Source: an uncultured Gemmatimonadales bacterium
GTDB taxonomy: Bacteria > Gemmatimonadota > Gemmatimonadetes > Longimicrobiales > Longimicrobiaceae
Direction: 5' to 3'
DNA length: 64,000 nt
Assembly (NCBI GenBank): GCA_963716255.1
Contig: OY970303.1
Location: forward strand, 640,001-704,000
A program made the position numbers and the translations under genes. This document shows, piece after piece, positions 7,333-19,064 of this stretch; the stretch's first letter is position 1; the number at the start of each line of letters is the position of its first letter. A model generated the notes under the pieces. That model worked only from the letters and a program-made list of their open reading frames with translations, ran no database searches and had not been told where the DNA came from.

Positions 7333-8598
7333 TCACGCCCGCGCGCCCACCGGGAGCGGTGCGGCGTCCGCGGCCTCCGAGCCGTGGGCCGCGCCCACCC
7401 GCCGCGAGGCCAGAAAGACCAGCGCCGCCATGACGGCGACGACGGTCGCCAGCGAGCGCGGGGTGCCGTCGTACAGCGACCCGGCCGCGAAGCCGGTGAG
7501 CGCGCTCCCCGCGGTCTGCAGGCTCCCCATCAGCGAGGAGGCCACCCCGGCCAGCCGGCCGTGCGGGGCCATGGCCCCGGCGGTGGCGTTGGGCTGTACC
7601 AGCCCGATCCCCAGCATGTAGGCCATCATGGGGAGGAGCACCCCCGCCGCGCCGCCGGTCCCCGTCCAGGCGGCGAGCAGCAGCGCCGCGCCGGCGGCGA
7701 GCACCAGCAGGGCGCCGCGGCGGAGCAGCGCGTCCGGGGCGTGGCGGGCGAGCAGGGCCCGGTTGAGCGCCGCCCCCGCCATCATGGAGCCGGCGGTGAG
7801 GGCGAACAGCAGGCCGAAGCGCTGCCGCGGCACGCCGAAGCCGTCGATGAAGACGAAGGGCGAGGCGCTGACGTAGGCGAACATCCCCGCGTAGGCGAAG
7901 CAGGTCGCCCACAGGTGGGCGCGCCCCGCCCGGTGCCGCAGCACGGCGCCGTAGGCGGCCAGCACCGCGCCGGGGCCGCCCTCCGCCGCGTGCCCGGCGG
8001 GGAGCGATTCCGGGAGGCCGCGCCAGCTCGCCAGCGAGAGCGCGGCCCCGGCCGCGCCCAGCACCAGGAAGATGGCGTGCCACCCCAGGTGCACCAGCAC
8101 GTACCCGCCCAGCGTGGGCGCCACCAGCGGCGCGGCCACCATCACCACGGTGACCTGCGACAGCACCGCCGCGCCCTCCCGCGCCCCGAAGCGGTCGCGG
8201 ATCACCGCCCGCGCCAGGATGGGGCCCACGCTGGCGCCCATCCCCTGGACGAGGCGGCAGGCGACCAGCACCGGGAGCGACCCGGCGGCCGCGCACGCGA
8301 GCCCCGCCGCCGTGAACAGCGCCAGCCCGCCCAGCAGCACGGGGCGGCGCCCCACGCGGTCGGAGAGCGGGCCGCAGACCAGCTGCCCCGCCGCGTACCC
8401 CGCCAGGAACAGGCTGAGGGTGAGCTGCACCGCCGCCACGTCCGCCCCGAAGACGCCCTGCAGCTGCGGCATCGCGGGGAGCGACATGTCGATGGCCAGG
8501 GCAGTCATCCCCGTGAGCGCCGCCAGCAGCAGCGCCAGCCCCCTCCCCCGCCGCGGTCGCGTCGCGGCGTCCCCCCCGTGCTCGGCTTCCTGCTTCAC
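7333..8598 (-). CDS. Bcr/CflA-family MFS multidrug efflux transporter
   Basis: AIDMSLPAMP, GPLSDRVGRRPVL and APTLGG motifs; about 12 hydrophobic segments. Start (GTG 8598) uncertain. Confidence 0.88.
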   Translation of the reverse strand: MKQEAEHGGDAATRPRRGRGLALLLAALTGMTALAIDMSLPAMPQLQGVFGADVAAVQLTLSLFLAGYAAGQLVCGPLSDRVGRRPVLLGGLALFTAAGLACAAAGSLPVLVACRLVQGMGASVGPILARAVIRDRFGAREGAAVLSQVTVVMVAAPLVAPTLGGYVLVHLGWHAIFLVLGAAGAALSLASWRGLPESLPAGHAAEGGPGAVLAAYGAVLRHRAGRAHLWATCFAYAGMFAYVSASPFVFIDGFGVPRQRFGLLFALTAGSMMAGAALNRALLARHAPDALLRRGALLVLAAGAALLLAAWTGTGGAAGVLLPMMAYMLGIGLVQPNATAGAMAPHGRLAGVASSLMGSLQTAGSALTGFAAGSLYDGTPRSLATVVAVMAALVFLASRRVGAAHGSEAADAAPLPVGARA

Positions 8599-8620
8599 TC
8601 CACCATCCACGTGCCTGTGC

Positions 8621-8652
8621 AAAAAAAACGAGACCCCACCCGTGGGGCCCTC
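8621..8652 (-). terminator. intrinsic terminator after the DoxX gene
   Basis: Minus strand GGGCCCCAC-GG-GTGGGGTCTCG followed by T8. Confidence 0.7.
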
Positions 8653-8702
8653 CCACCTGCAAGGCGCGGGCGCGCCCGCGCGGACACGCCCGCCGCCCGG
8701 AT

Positions 8703-9143
8703 CTAGCGAGTCCGGCCGCGCAGCACGCGCGCGTCCAGGCTGTGGGGCCCGCCGCCGTTGCCGGCGAAGTAGGCCCACACCAGCGCGTAGAGCAGCGCCA
8801 GCTCGCCGCCGTTGGCGATGGGCGCGGCGCCCTGCGACGCGTGAGCCATGAAGTACGCGGCCACCATCTGCAGCGCCAGCACCGCCGCCACCGGCCGCGT
8901 CAGCAGCCCCAGCACCATCAGCAGCCCGCCGACCAGCTCCAGCACCCCCGCGAGCCCCATCATGCTCACCAGCTCGGCGGTGGCGCCCGGCTGCCCGCCG
9001 AAGCCGCCGAACGACCCGAACAGCTTCTGCGCGCCGTGCTGCATGAAGAGCAGCCCCGCGCCCACCCGCAGCACGGTGTGCAACGCCCACGCGAGCGTGC
9101 TCCGCCCGTACGACGCCGATGCGGGATTCGCGAAATCCGCCAT
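8703..9143 (-). CDS. DoxX family membrane protein
   Basis: LRVGAGLLFMQHGAQKLFG, LGLLTRP, NGGELA and GPHSLD motifs; AGAGGA RBS. Confidence 0.88.
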   Translation of the reverse strand: MADFANPASASYGRSTLAWALHTVLRVGAGLLFMQHGAQKLFGSFGGFGGQPGATAELVSMMGLAGVLELVGGLLMVLGLLTRPVAAVLALQMVAAYFMAHASQGAAPIANGGELALLYALVWAYFAGNGGGPHSLDARVLRGRTR

Positions 9144-9212
9144 GAGTCCTCTCCTGTCCGTGAGCCCTGGAGCCGAAGCGCGCGGCACGCCTGACGCCCC
9201 GCGCGAGTGCGC

Positions 9213-9236
9213 ATTTATCTTAGCACAGAGATAAAT
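9213..9236. promoter_or_regulatory. putative transcription-factor operator (perfect inverted repeat)
   Basis: ATTTATCT-N8-AGATAAAT, AT-rich, in the divergent doxX/malQ intergenic region. Confidence 0.6.
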
Positions 9237-9340
9237 CCATCGCAAGGGCCGCCGGGCACTTCCCTTGCGACGGCGACGGCCCGCACCGTCCCCCTCCGGG
9301 CGGGGCCGCCCCCTCCACACCACCCCTGTTTTCCGGGATC

Positions 9341-11497
9341 GTGATGCAGAAGCAGTCGCCCCTGCACGACCTCGCCGACCTCGTCGGCATCGTCCCCAGC
9401 TACGTGGACCAGGCGGGCACCGAGACGCGCCTCGCCTCCGACGAGACTCGCGCCGCCATCCTGCGCGCCATGGGGATCGACGCCTCCACGCCGGAGTCGG
9501 CCCGCCAGGCGCTGGAGGACATGCGGGCCCGGGAGCGGGCGCGCGTGGTCGCCCCGGTGCGGGTGGTGCGCCGCTGCGACCCGGACGCCGCGCGGGTGGA
9601 GCTGCGGGTGCCGGGGTATGCCGCCGGCGACGCGGAGTGGAGCGTGGAGCTGGTCCCGGAGCGGGGCGAGCCCCGGCGCCTTTCCGGCACGGCTCGGCCG
9701 GAGCGAGATGGATCAGTGGCGGTGGAGCTGGGCGAGCCGCCCCCGGAGGGGTACCACCGGCTGCGCGTGTCGGTGCGCGCCGGCGGCGGGGAGCACGGCG
9801 GCGAGCAGGCGCTCGTCGTGGTGCCGGACGCCTGCCCCGCGGTGACGGAGGTCGCGGGGCACGAGCGCGTGTTCGGCGTCATCGCCAACCTGTACACGGT
9901 GCGCAGCGCGCGGAACTGGGGGGTGGGCGACCTGTCCGACCTGGGCGCGCTGCTGGAGTGGACGGCGGAGGTGGGCGGCGCCTTCGTGGGCGTCAACCCG
10001 CTGCACGCGCTCCGCAACGCCGGGGCCGACGTGAGCCCCTACAGCCCGGTGAGCCGCCTCTTCCGCAACCCCATCTACCTGGACGTGGAGGCGGTGCCGG
10101 AGCTGACGGAGAGCGGCGAGGCGCGGCGGATGCTGGAATCGGACGCGCTGCGCCGGGAGCGCGAGGCGCTGCGGGCGAGCGACCGGGTGGAGTACGAGCG
10201 GGTGATGGCGCTGAAGCGGCGCGTGCTGGCCGTGCTGCACCGCGAGTTCGCCGCCCGCCACGCCGCCTCGGAGAGCGGGCCCGGCCGGGCGTACCGGGAC
10301 TACGTGCGGGAGCAGGGCGAACCGCTGGAGGCATTCGCGACCTTCGAGGCGCTGGCCGACGCGCTGGGCACGGGGAACTGGCGGGAGTGGCCGGAGCGCT
10401 TCCGCGATCCCGCCTCCCCCGCGGTCGCGGCCTTCCGGGCAGAAAAGGAGGCGGCGGTGGACTTCAACCGCTGGCTCCAGTGGGAGCTGGACCGCCAGCT
10501 GGGGGAGGCGGCGGCGCGGGGCGGGCGCGCGGGGCTGACGGTGGGCCTGTACCAGGACCTGGCGATCGGCACCTCGGGGAGCAGCGCGGACGTGTGGGCG
10601 AACCCGCGCCTCTTCCTGCCGGGGGCGAGCATCGGCGCGCCGCCGGACGACTATTCCGCGAGCGGTCAGAACTGGGGCCTCCCGCCCATCGACCCGCGCG
10701 CGCTGCGGGAGGACGGCTACCGCTACTGGACCGCGCTGGTGCGCTCCTGCATGCGGCACGCGGGGGCGCTGCGCATCGACCACGCGGTGGGCCTCTTCCG
10801 CCAGTTCTGGATCCCGGAGGGGATGGACGGCGCGCGGGGAGCCTTCGTGCGCCTCCCGGCGGACGACCTGCTGGGGATCCTGGCGCTGGAGGCCCGGCGG
10901 CATGGGGCGCTGGTGGTGGGCGAGGACCTGGGGACGGTGCCCGCGGACGTACCGCCCGCCATGCACGCGCGCGGCGTGCTGTCGTCGCGCGTCTTCTACT
11001 TCGAGCGCGAGGGCGACGCCTTCCGCGCCGCCGCGGAGTACGAGCCCATGGCGCTCGCCACCGCCAACACGCACGACATGCCCTCGCTGGCCGGCTTCTG
11101 GGCCGCGCGCGACGTGGACCTCAAGCGCGAGGTGGGCCTGATCGGCGGCGACGAGGCCGCCGACCAGCAGCGCGGCGCCCGCCTGCGCGAGCGCCGCGCC
11201 ATCCTGGAGCGCCTCGCCGCCGACAGCTCCCTCCCCGCCGCGGAGGAGCCCGCCTCCCCCGCAGAGCTGCGCGGCGCGGTGCACGACTTCCTCTGCCGCA
11301 CCCCCGCCGCGCTGGTGGGCTTCAGCCTGGACGACCTGGTGGGCGAGGTGGAGCCGGTGAACCTCCCCGGCGTGCCGCCCGACCGCTTCTCCTCCTGGAC
11401 CCGCAAGCTGGCGACGCCCGTCGAGGCCCTCGCCACGGACCCGGACGTGCGCGCGGCGCTGCGGTGCGGAGACAGGGGAACGGAAGTGCGGGAGTGA
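9341..11497 (+). CDS. malQ: 4-alpha-glucanotransferase (amylomaltase, GH77)
   Basis: SPYSPVSR, YQDLAIG, GAPPDDY, GQNWGLPP, LRIDH, GEDLG and THDMP motifs. Confidence 0.95.
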   Translation: MMQKQSPLHDLADLVGIVPSYVDQAGTETRLASDETRAAILRAMGIDASTPESARQALEDMRARERARVVAPVRVVRRCDPDAARVELRVPGYAAGDAEWSVELVPERGEPRRLSGTARPERDGSVAVELGEPPPEGYHRLRVSVRAGGGEHGGEQALVVVPDACPAVTEVAGHERVFGVIANLYTVRSARNWGVGDLSDLGALLEWTAEVGGAFVGVNPLHALRNAGADVSPYSPVSRLFRNPIYLDVEAVPELTESGEARRMLESDALRREREALRASDRVEYERVMALKRRVLAVLHREFAARHAASESGPGRAYRDYVREQGEPLEAFATFEALADALGTGNWREWPERFRDPASPAVAAFRAEKEAAVDFNRWLQWELDRQLGEAAARGGRAGLTVGLYQDLAIGTSGSSADVWANPRLFLPGASIGAPPDDYSASGQNWGLPPIDPRALREDGYRYWTALVRSCMRHAGALRIDHAVGLFRQFWIPEGMDGARGAFVRLPADDLLGILALEARRHGALVVGEDLGTVPADVPPAMHARGVLSSRVFYFEREGDAFRAAAEYEPMALATANTHDMPSLAGFWAARDVDLKREVGLIGGDEAADQQRGARLRERRAILERLAADSSLPAAEEPASPAELRGAVHDFLCRTPAALVGFSLDDLVGEVEPVNLPGVPPDRFSSWTRKLATPVEALATDPDVRAALRCGDRGTEVRE

Positions 11498-11507
11498 ACG
11501 GCAAAGA

Positions 11508-11687
11508 CCCCCTCCCACGGCCCCTCCCCGCAAGGGGGAGGGGAGCACGACGACGGCCCTCACCCGGCTCGCTTGAGGCTCGCCACCCTCTCCCGATCCT
11601 GGGAGAGGGGGCAACGGCTGGACTCCGCGTGGTTCTCCCCTCCCCCGCTTGCGGGGGAGAGGTGGCGCGAAGCGCCGGGGTGGGGGG
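11508..11687. repeat. cluster of three family C REP-like palindromes
   Basis: Hairpins at ~11508-11545, 11555-11611 and 11635-11687 of the CCCCTCCCC...GGGGAGAGG type. Confidence 0.8.
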
Positions 11688-11693
11688 TCCCCG

Positions 11694-11850
11694 CGGACGC
11701 CAGCGCGAGCCCCGCGTGAGGGATTTCGGCCCGAAGGGGCGAGACCCCGCGGGCAGTTTCGCGGGGGCTCGACTCCGTTGCAAACGGTAGTATCGTTTGC
11801 TACGGAGCCGAAGCCCGACCCCGGCGCCAGCCGGGGGCACGCCCGAACCC
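11694..11850 (+). repeat. Family A multi-hairpin repeat (A1) with 5' extension CGGACGCCAGC
   Basis: Aligns with the 5649 copy, with compensatory stem changes. Confidence 0.9.
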
Positions 11851-11867
11851 TGCCGTTCAAAAGCAGT

Positions 11868-14048
<2,181 letters not shown>

Positions 14049-14140
14049 GTGGCCTCTGGGTGGGGAACCGGGCTTCGACTTCGTTCGAACGGGGGGCCGC
14101 TCTGGCAAGTCAGGTGCCGGGTGGGACGGCTTCCGGCGGA

Positions 14141-14293
14141 GGGCTCGGGCGTGCCCCCGCTGGCGCGGGGTCGGGCTGCGGCTCCGTAGCAGACGAAACT
14201 ACCGTCTGCAACGGAGGCGAGCCCCGGGAAACCGCCCCCGGGTCTCGCCGCTTCGCGCTCGCATCCCTCACGCGGGCACCCTGCTGGCGTCCG
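14141..14293 (-). repeat. Family A multi-hairpin repeat (subtype A2)
   Basis: Reverse complement aligns with family A. Confidence 0.9.
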
Positions 14294-14350
14294 CGCGGCG
14301 GCCCCGTTCCGCAGTTCCTTGCCTCTCCCGGAACTGCCCCTTCCCGCGGC

Positions 14351-15319
14351 TCAGGCGATGCCGGCTCCGCCGGCCGCGGCGCCGCGCACGCGCTCGGCGT
14401 CCCGGCGCGGCGGCTGGCCGAAGAGCCGGGCGTATTCGCGGCTGAACTGCGACGCGCTCGCGTACCCCACCTCGTAGGCGACCGCGTCCGCGCTCGGCGC
14501 TCCCGACAGCATGCGGCGGCGAGCCTCCTGCAGCCGCAGCCGCTTCTGGTACTGGATGGGGCTCATCGCCGTGGCCGCCTTGAAGTGCTGGTGCAGCGCC
14601 GAAGGGCTCATGTGCACCCGGTGCGCGAGCGCCCGGACTTCCAGGGGTTCCGCGAAGTGCTCCCGGATCCAGGCGATCGCTCCCGAGACCCGGCGCAGGC
14701 GGCCGTCCCCGATCGCGATCTGGGCCAGCCGCCCGAACTGCTCGCCCTGCAGCAGGCGGTAGGCGAGCTCCCGCAGGACCAGGGGCGCCAGCACCGGGAC
14801 GTCTTCCGGGGCGTCGAGGAGCCGCACCAGCCGCAGGAGCCCGTCCAGGAGCGGCGCCCGCAGGGGGCTCACGTAGAGCGCCCGCCCGTCGTGATCGTCG
14901 GGGGGTGCCCGCCGGCCCGTCTCCACGATCAGCGCCGCGAGCTCGCGCGGATCGACCGCCAGCGTCATGCAGAGGTACGGCTCGTCCGGGGTGGCCTCCA
15001 GGACGTTGCCGACGACCGGCAGCTCGACCGAGACCGCGAGGTACTGCGACCGGTCGTAGACGTAGGTGGCACCGCCGAGCGTCACCTGCTTCCGCCCCTG
15101 CACCACCACGTACACCGCGGGCTCCTGGAGGACGGGCGCCGGCTCCGTCGGGTGCGAGAACCGGTACAGCTTCAGCGCCGGGATTCCCGTCTCGTGCCTT
15201 CCGTCCACGCCCGTCCGGCGCTCGAGGATCCCTACGAGCTCACGCCGCAGCGCCTCCAGGCGGGCGGCCTCGGGATCGAGTTCCTCGGCCGAGCCGGTTG
15301 CGTGCGGGTCGAGTATCAT
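14351..15319 (-). CDS. AraC-family transcriptional regulator (YqhC-like, AraC_N domain)
   Basis: VVVQGRK, SPIQYQKRLRLQEAR and VGYASASQFSREYARLFG motifs; divergent from the SDR gene. Confidence 0.92.
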   Translation of the reverse strand: MILDPHATGSAEELDPEAARLEALRRELVGILERRTGVDGRHETGIPALKLYRFSHPTEPAPVLQEPAVYVVVQGRKQVTLGGATYVYDRSQYLAVSVELPVVGNVLEATPDEPYLCMTLAVDPRELAALIVETGRRAPPDDHDGRALYVSPLRAPLLDGLLRLVRLLDAPEDVPVLAPLVLRELAYRLLQGEQFGRLAQIAIGDGRLRRVSGAIAWIREHFAEPLEVRALAHRVHMSPSALHQHFKAATAMSPIQYQKRLRLQEARRRMLSGAPSADAVAYEVGYASASQFSREYARLFGQPPRRDAERVRGAAAGGAGIA

Positions 15320-15528
15320 CGCTGCGCGCTCTCGTTGAGTGGACGGCCTGCCGGGTCGCCCGGACGATACGTCGTCTCCCTCCGTGCTTCCAGCGTCGTG
15401 GAGGAAAGGGCAAGCATCGTCCACGATCGGGCAGAAGCCGCGCGGGGCGGGACGATTAACTTGCTTCCTCGCAATCGATGCCCGCGGCGGCTCGCCGACC
15501 CGGTGCAAAAAACGGAGAAGGAGACATC

Positions 15529-16401
15529 ATGACGGACAGGAAGACCTGGTTCATCACGGGAGCCGGCCGTGGCATGGGCGTCGACATCGCCCGGGCCGCC
15601 CGGGACGCCGGCCACGCGGTCGTGGCCACCGGCCGGGACCCAGACGCGGTGGCCCGGGTCCTGGGCGCGGCGGACGACCTCCTGGCCGTGAAGCTAGACG
15701 TCACCCGCCCCGCCGATGCCGCCGCGGCGGCACGGGCCGCCGTCGAGCGCTTCGGCCGCATCGACGTGCTGGTCAACAACGCCGCCAACTTCCACGCGGG
15801 CTACTTCGAGGAGCTGACGCCGGAGCAGGTCGAGCGGCAGCTCGCGACCAGCCTCCTGGGCCCGATGAACGTCACGCGGGCGATCCTGCCGGTCATGCGC
15901 GGGCAGCGCTCCGGGCACATCGTCTCGATCTCGTCGACGGCGGGCCTCATGGGCTACGAGTTCTGCACGGCCTACTCCGCCTCCAAGTTCGGCCTGGAGG
16001 GGTGGATGCAGGCGCTGGAGGCCGAGGTCGCCCCGTTCGGCATCCACACCACGCTCGTGAACCCGGGCTTCTTCCGCACGGAGCTCCTCACGGAGCAGTC
16101 GACGGCCTACGCGGAGCCGTCCATCGAGGACTACGCCCAGCGCACGGCCGCCCAGCAGGAGTTCTGGAAGTCCCAGAACGGGAAGCAGGGGGGCGACCCC
16201 GCGAAGCTCGCCCGGGCGCTGGTCACGATCATGAGCGAAGCGCAGCCGCCGCGGCGCTTCCTCGCGGGCGCCGACGCGGTCGCCACCGCCGAGCAGGTGG
16301 TCGCCGACCTCCAAACCCAGATCGACGCGTACCGCGAGCTCTCGTCGTCGCTCGCCATCGACGACGACGGTCCCGCCGGGAACGGGAGCGGGAACGCCTG
16401 A
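15529..16401 (+). CDS. short-chain dehydrogenase/reductase
   Basis: ITGAGRGMG, VLVNNA and YSASK motifs; AAGGAG RBS. Confidence 0.93.
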   Translation: MTDRKTWFITGAGRGMGVDIARAARDAGHAVVATGRDPDAVARVLGAADDLLAVKLDVTRPADAAAAARAAVERFGRIDVLVNNAANFHAGYFEELTPEQVERQLATSLLGPMNVTRAILPVMRGQRSGHIVSISSTAGLMGYEFCTAYSASKFGLEGWMQALEAEVAPFGIHTTLVNPGFFRTELLTEQSTAYAEPSIEDYAQRTAAQQEFWKSQNGKQGGDPAKLARALVTIMSEAQPPRRFLAGADAVATAEQVVADLQTQIDAYRELSSSLAIDDDGPAGNGSGNA

Positions 16402-16477
16402 CAAATAACGGCGGCCGCTCGGCGCGCCGCGACACCGGGCCGCGGACATCTTCGACTCGTCCGCGGCCGCCATGGCC

Positions 16478-16512
16478 AAAAGAAAACGGGCCCATCGCGG
16501 TGATGGGCCCGT
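16478..16512 (-). terminator. intrinsic terminator after tRNA-Ala
   Basis: Minus strand ACGGGCCCATC-ACCGC-GATGGGCCCGT-TTTCTTT. Confidence 0.8.
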
Positions 16513-16517
16513 CGGAG

Positions 16518-16590
16518 TGGAGCGTATCGGGATCGAACCGATGACCTCCGCCTTGCAAAGGCGGCGCTCTCCCAGCTGAGCTAACGCCCC
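16518..16590 (-). tRNA. tRNA-Ala(TGC)
   Basis: GGGGCGTTAGCTCAGCTGGGAGAGCGCCGCCTTTGCAAGGCGGAGGTCATCGGTTCGATCCCGATACGCTCCA folds as a cloverleaf; anticodon TGC; G3:U70 pair; 3' CCA not encoded. Confidence 0.97.
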
Positions 16591-16605
16591 TTGTTTGGGG
16601 CGCCG

Positions 16606-16635
16606 AATATAACGCTTCCGGCCGTTTTGCGTCAA
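16606..16635 (-). promoter_or_regulatory. sigma70 promoter of tRNA-Ala
   Basis: TTGACG-N18-TATATT just upstream of the tRNA. Confidence 0.7.
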
Positions 16636-16816
16636 CCGCGCAGCGCCCTGCCGCGCCGGCGGCCGGCCCCGAGTTGCCACGTGGAACCCGCGGCGGCATA
16701 ATCAGTAGCAATTCGCGCGGCAACCACCGCGCGCGCCAGGCGTTCCCGTCCACCCGCATCCGGCTGCACATGATCCCGTCGCTGCTGACCCGCAAGATCG
16801 AGAAGCTTCCCCCGAG

Positions 16817-18982
16817 GTGCGCCTCGAAGGGCGCATCCTCTTCCTGGTGGACGACCCGGAGCTGGTCCGGCGGCAGCTGGAGGGAGAGGACGTGGAGCTC
16901 ACGGAGGAGCTGCGCGGCCTGCTCCGCGACAACATCTCCACCGACGAGATCACCCCGGCGTACATCTGCTACTACTTCGACGAGACGCTGGGGGAGTTCC
17001 CGTACCTGGGGCTCAAGGCCGGGAGCGAGTTCCCCATCCGGCAAGGGAGCGTGAAGAAGGGCGGCTTCGTGGCCTCCGTCTCCGGGAGGCGGCGCGGCAA
17101 GGGGAGCTCGCGCGAGCAGAGCCCCTACGCCGAGATGATGGCCGGCATCCGCGTGGTCATCGCCGAGAACATCGAGCGCATCTACCGCGAGAACTGCCAG
17201 AACCTGGGCGTCCTCACCAGCACCAACTTCGAGCTGGTGGAGCGCATCCGCCGCGGCGAGACCATTCCCCTCACCGAGTTCACCGACGGCGCGGACGAGA
17301 TCACCCGGGGCATCATCGAGCACGGCGGCCTCTTCAACTACAACGTGGCGCGCCTCCAGGGGCGGGTGAGCACCCCGCCCATCTCCTGCCACCGCGAGCA
17401 GCCGGGGAGCGTGGCCCCCGACGCCGAGGACGTGCGCGCGCTCCGCGGCAGCGGCGCCGGCGACGCGCCCGGCCCCGGCACCGGCGTGGACTCCGCCGCG
17501 GCGCAGCTCGTCGCCACCTCCACCTCCAACGCCGGCACTGACGCGCTGGGCGCCCCCGAGGGCACCGCGCACCGCGCGCCCCGGCCCATGACCATCGCCG
17601 AGAAGATCTTCGCGCGGCACTGGGTCACGGACCTGGCCCGGGGCGCCACCGGCGTGCAGTGGGTGCAGCCCGGCGACTCCGGCTTCGTGCAGACGGACAT
17701 CCGCTTCTCGCACGAGTACGTCACCCCCATGTCCGCCATCTTCTTCGAGCGCTACGTGGGCGAGGACGAGCGGGTGCTGGAGCCGGAATCCATCCTCTTC
17801 TTCCGCGACCACCTCACCTTCCTCAAGGACGCCATGTCCCCCGAGCGGGTGCAGCTGGGGCTGCTGGACGTGGCCAACCAGCTGGAGGTGAAGCAGCGCG
17901 AGTTCGCGGAAAAGCAGGGGGTGCGGCTGTACGGCGAGCTGGGGCACGGCAAGCACGGCTCCGAGGCCATCTGCCACTCCAAGATCCTGGAGCAGTACGC
18001 GCTCCCGGGACACGTCATCATCGGCTCCGACTCGCACACGCCGCACGCGGGCGCCGTGGGGTGCGTGGCCTTCGGAGTGGGGACCACCGCCATCTTCAAC
18101 TCCTGGATCACCAGGGACGTGCGGGTGGAGGTGCCCAGGTCGTTCCGCGTGGTGGTGCACGGCGACAAGCCCGAGAACGTGTCGGCCAAGGACTTCATGC
18201 TGGAGATCCTGCGCCACCCGTACATCAAGGACGGGCACGCCATCGGGCAGATCATCGAGTACGCGGGGCCGGCGGTGGAGTCGCTCAGCGTGGACGAGCG
18301 CGCCACCATGACCAACATGGCCGCCGAGGTGGGCGCCTTCACCGGGATCGTGGCGCCGGACGCAAAGACGGTGGACTACCTGGTGGAGCAGCGGGGGATG
18401 AGCCGCGAGGAGGCGGAGCGGCTGACAGCGGGGCTGTTCTCGGACGAGGGCGCCGACTACGTCACCGTCATCGAGATCGACGCCTCGAAGCTGCGGCCCA
18501 TGATCGCGCTCCCCGGCGACCCGGGGAACGGGATGTACGTGGAGGAGCTGGGCGACGAGGTGCGCATCGACATCGCCTACGCAGGGAGCTGCACCGCGGG
18601 GAAGAAGGAGGACATGGACATGTACGCCCGCGTCCTCCGAGAGTACCACGAGCGCGGCGTCCGCAAGCCGGAGGGCGTGCAGCTGTACATCCAGTGCGGC
18701 TCGCAGGAGGTGTACGCGTACTGCCAGGAGCAGGGGTATGACCGCGTCTTCCAGGAGGTGGGCGCCACCTTCATCGAGCCGTCGTGCGGGGCCTGCATCA
18801 ACGCGGGCCCGGGCGTGTCGCGCCGGCCCACGGACGTCACCATCAGCGCCATCAACCGCAACTTCCCCGGGCGCTCGGGGCCGGGGCAGCTGTACCTGGC
18901 CTCGCCCTACACCGTGGCCGCCTCGGCCATGGAGGGGCGCATCGTCGCCTGGGAGCCTCAGGGCGAGCCGGCCGGCGTCTGA
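16817..18982 (+). CDS. aconitase-family hydratase; fused small (swivel, LeuD-like) + large (LeuC-like) subunits
   Basis: N-terminal NISTDEITP and GSSREQS swivel motifs; GSDSHT; Fe-S cysteines in GSCT and SCGACI; SAINRNFPGRSG. The true start may be ATG 16770 (see findings). Confidence 0.88.
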   Translation: MRLEGRILFLVDDPELVRRQLEGEDVELTEELRGLLRDNISTDEITPAYICYYFDETLGEFPYLGLKAGSEFPIRQGSVKKGGFVASVSGRRRGKGSSREQSPYAEMMAGIRVVIAENIERIYRENCQNLGVLTSTNFELVERIRRGETIPLTEFTDGADEITRGIIEHGGLFNYNVARLQGRVSTPPISCHREQPGSVAPDAEDVRALRGSGAGDAPGPGTGVDSAAAQLVATSTSNAGTDALGAPEGTAHRAPRPMTIAEKIFARHWVTDLARGATGVQWVQPGDSGFVQTDIRFSHEYVTPMSAIFFERYVGEDERVLEPESILFFRDHLTFLKDAMSPERVQLGLLDVANQLEVKQREFAEKQGVRLYGELGHGKHGSEAICHSKILEQYALPGHVIIGSDSHTPHAGAVGCVAFGVGTTAIFNSWITRDVRVEVPRSFRVVVHGDKPENVSAKDFMLEILRHPYIKDGHAIGQIIEYAGPAVESLSVDERATMTNMAAEVGAFTGIVAPDAKTVDYLVEQRGMSREEAERLTAGLFSDEGADYVTVIEIDASKLRPMIALPGDPGNGMYVEELGDEVRIDIAYAGSCTAGKKEDMDMYARVLREYHERGVRKPEGVQLYIQCGSQEVYAYCQEQGYDRVFQEVGATFIEPSCGACINAGPGVSRRPTDVTISAINRNFPGRSGPGQLYLASPYTVAASAMEGRIVAWEPQGEPAGV

Positions 18983-19064
18983 ACCTTCCCGACGAATTGC
19001 TTGCTTTCGCCGCGGACTTCCCTATGTTTCGGTTTATGTTCGGAACCCTTCCACCCCTGTCCAC

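Noticed and set aside
9220..9246. TTAGCAC as a CIRCE element
   Set aside because: Only part of the left half-site matches, with no GAGTGCTAA at 9-bp spacing; better explained by the ATTTATCT palindrome.
14351..16590. Genomic island integrated at tRNA-Ala
   Set aside because: No integrase, and I found no duplicated tRNA 3' end in the window.
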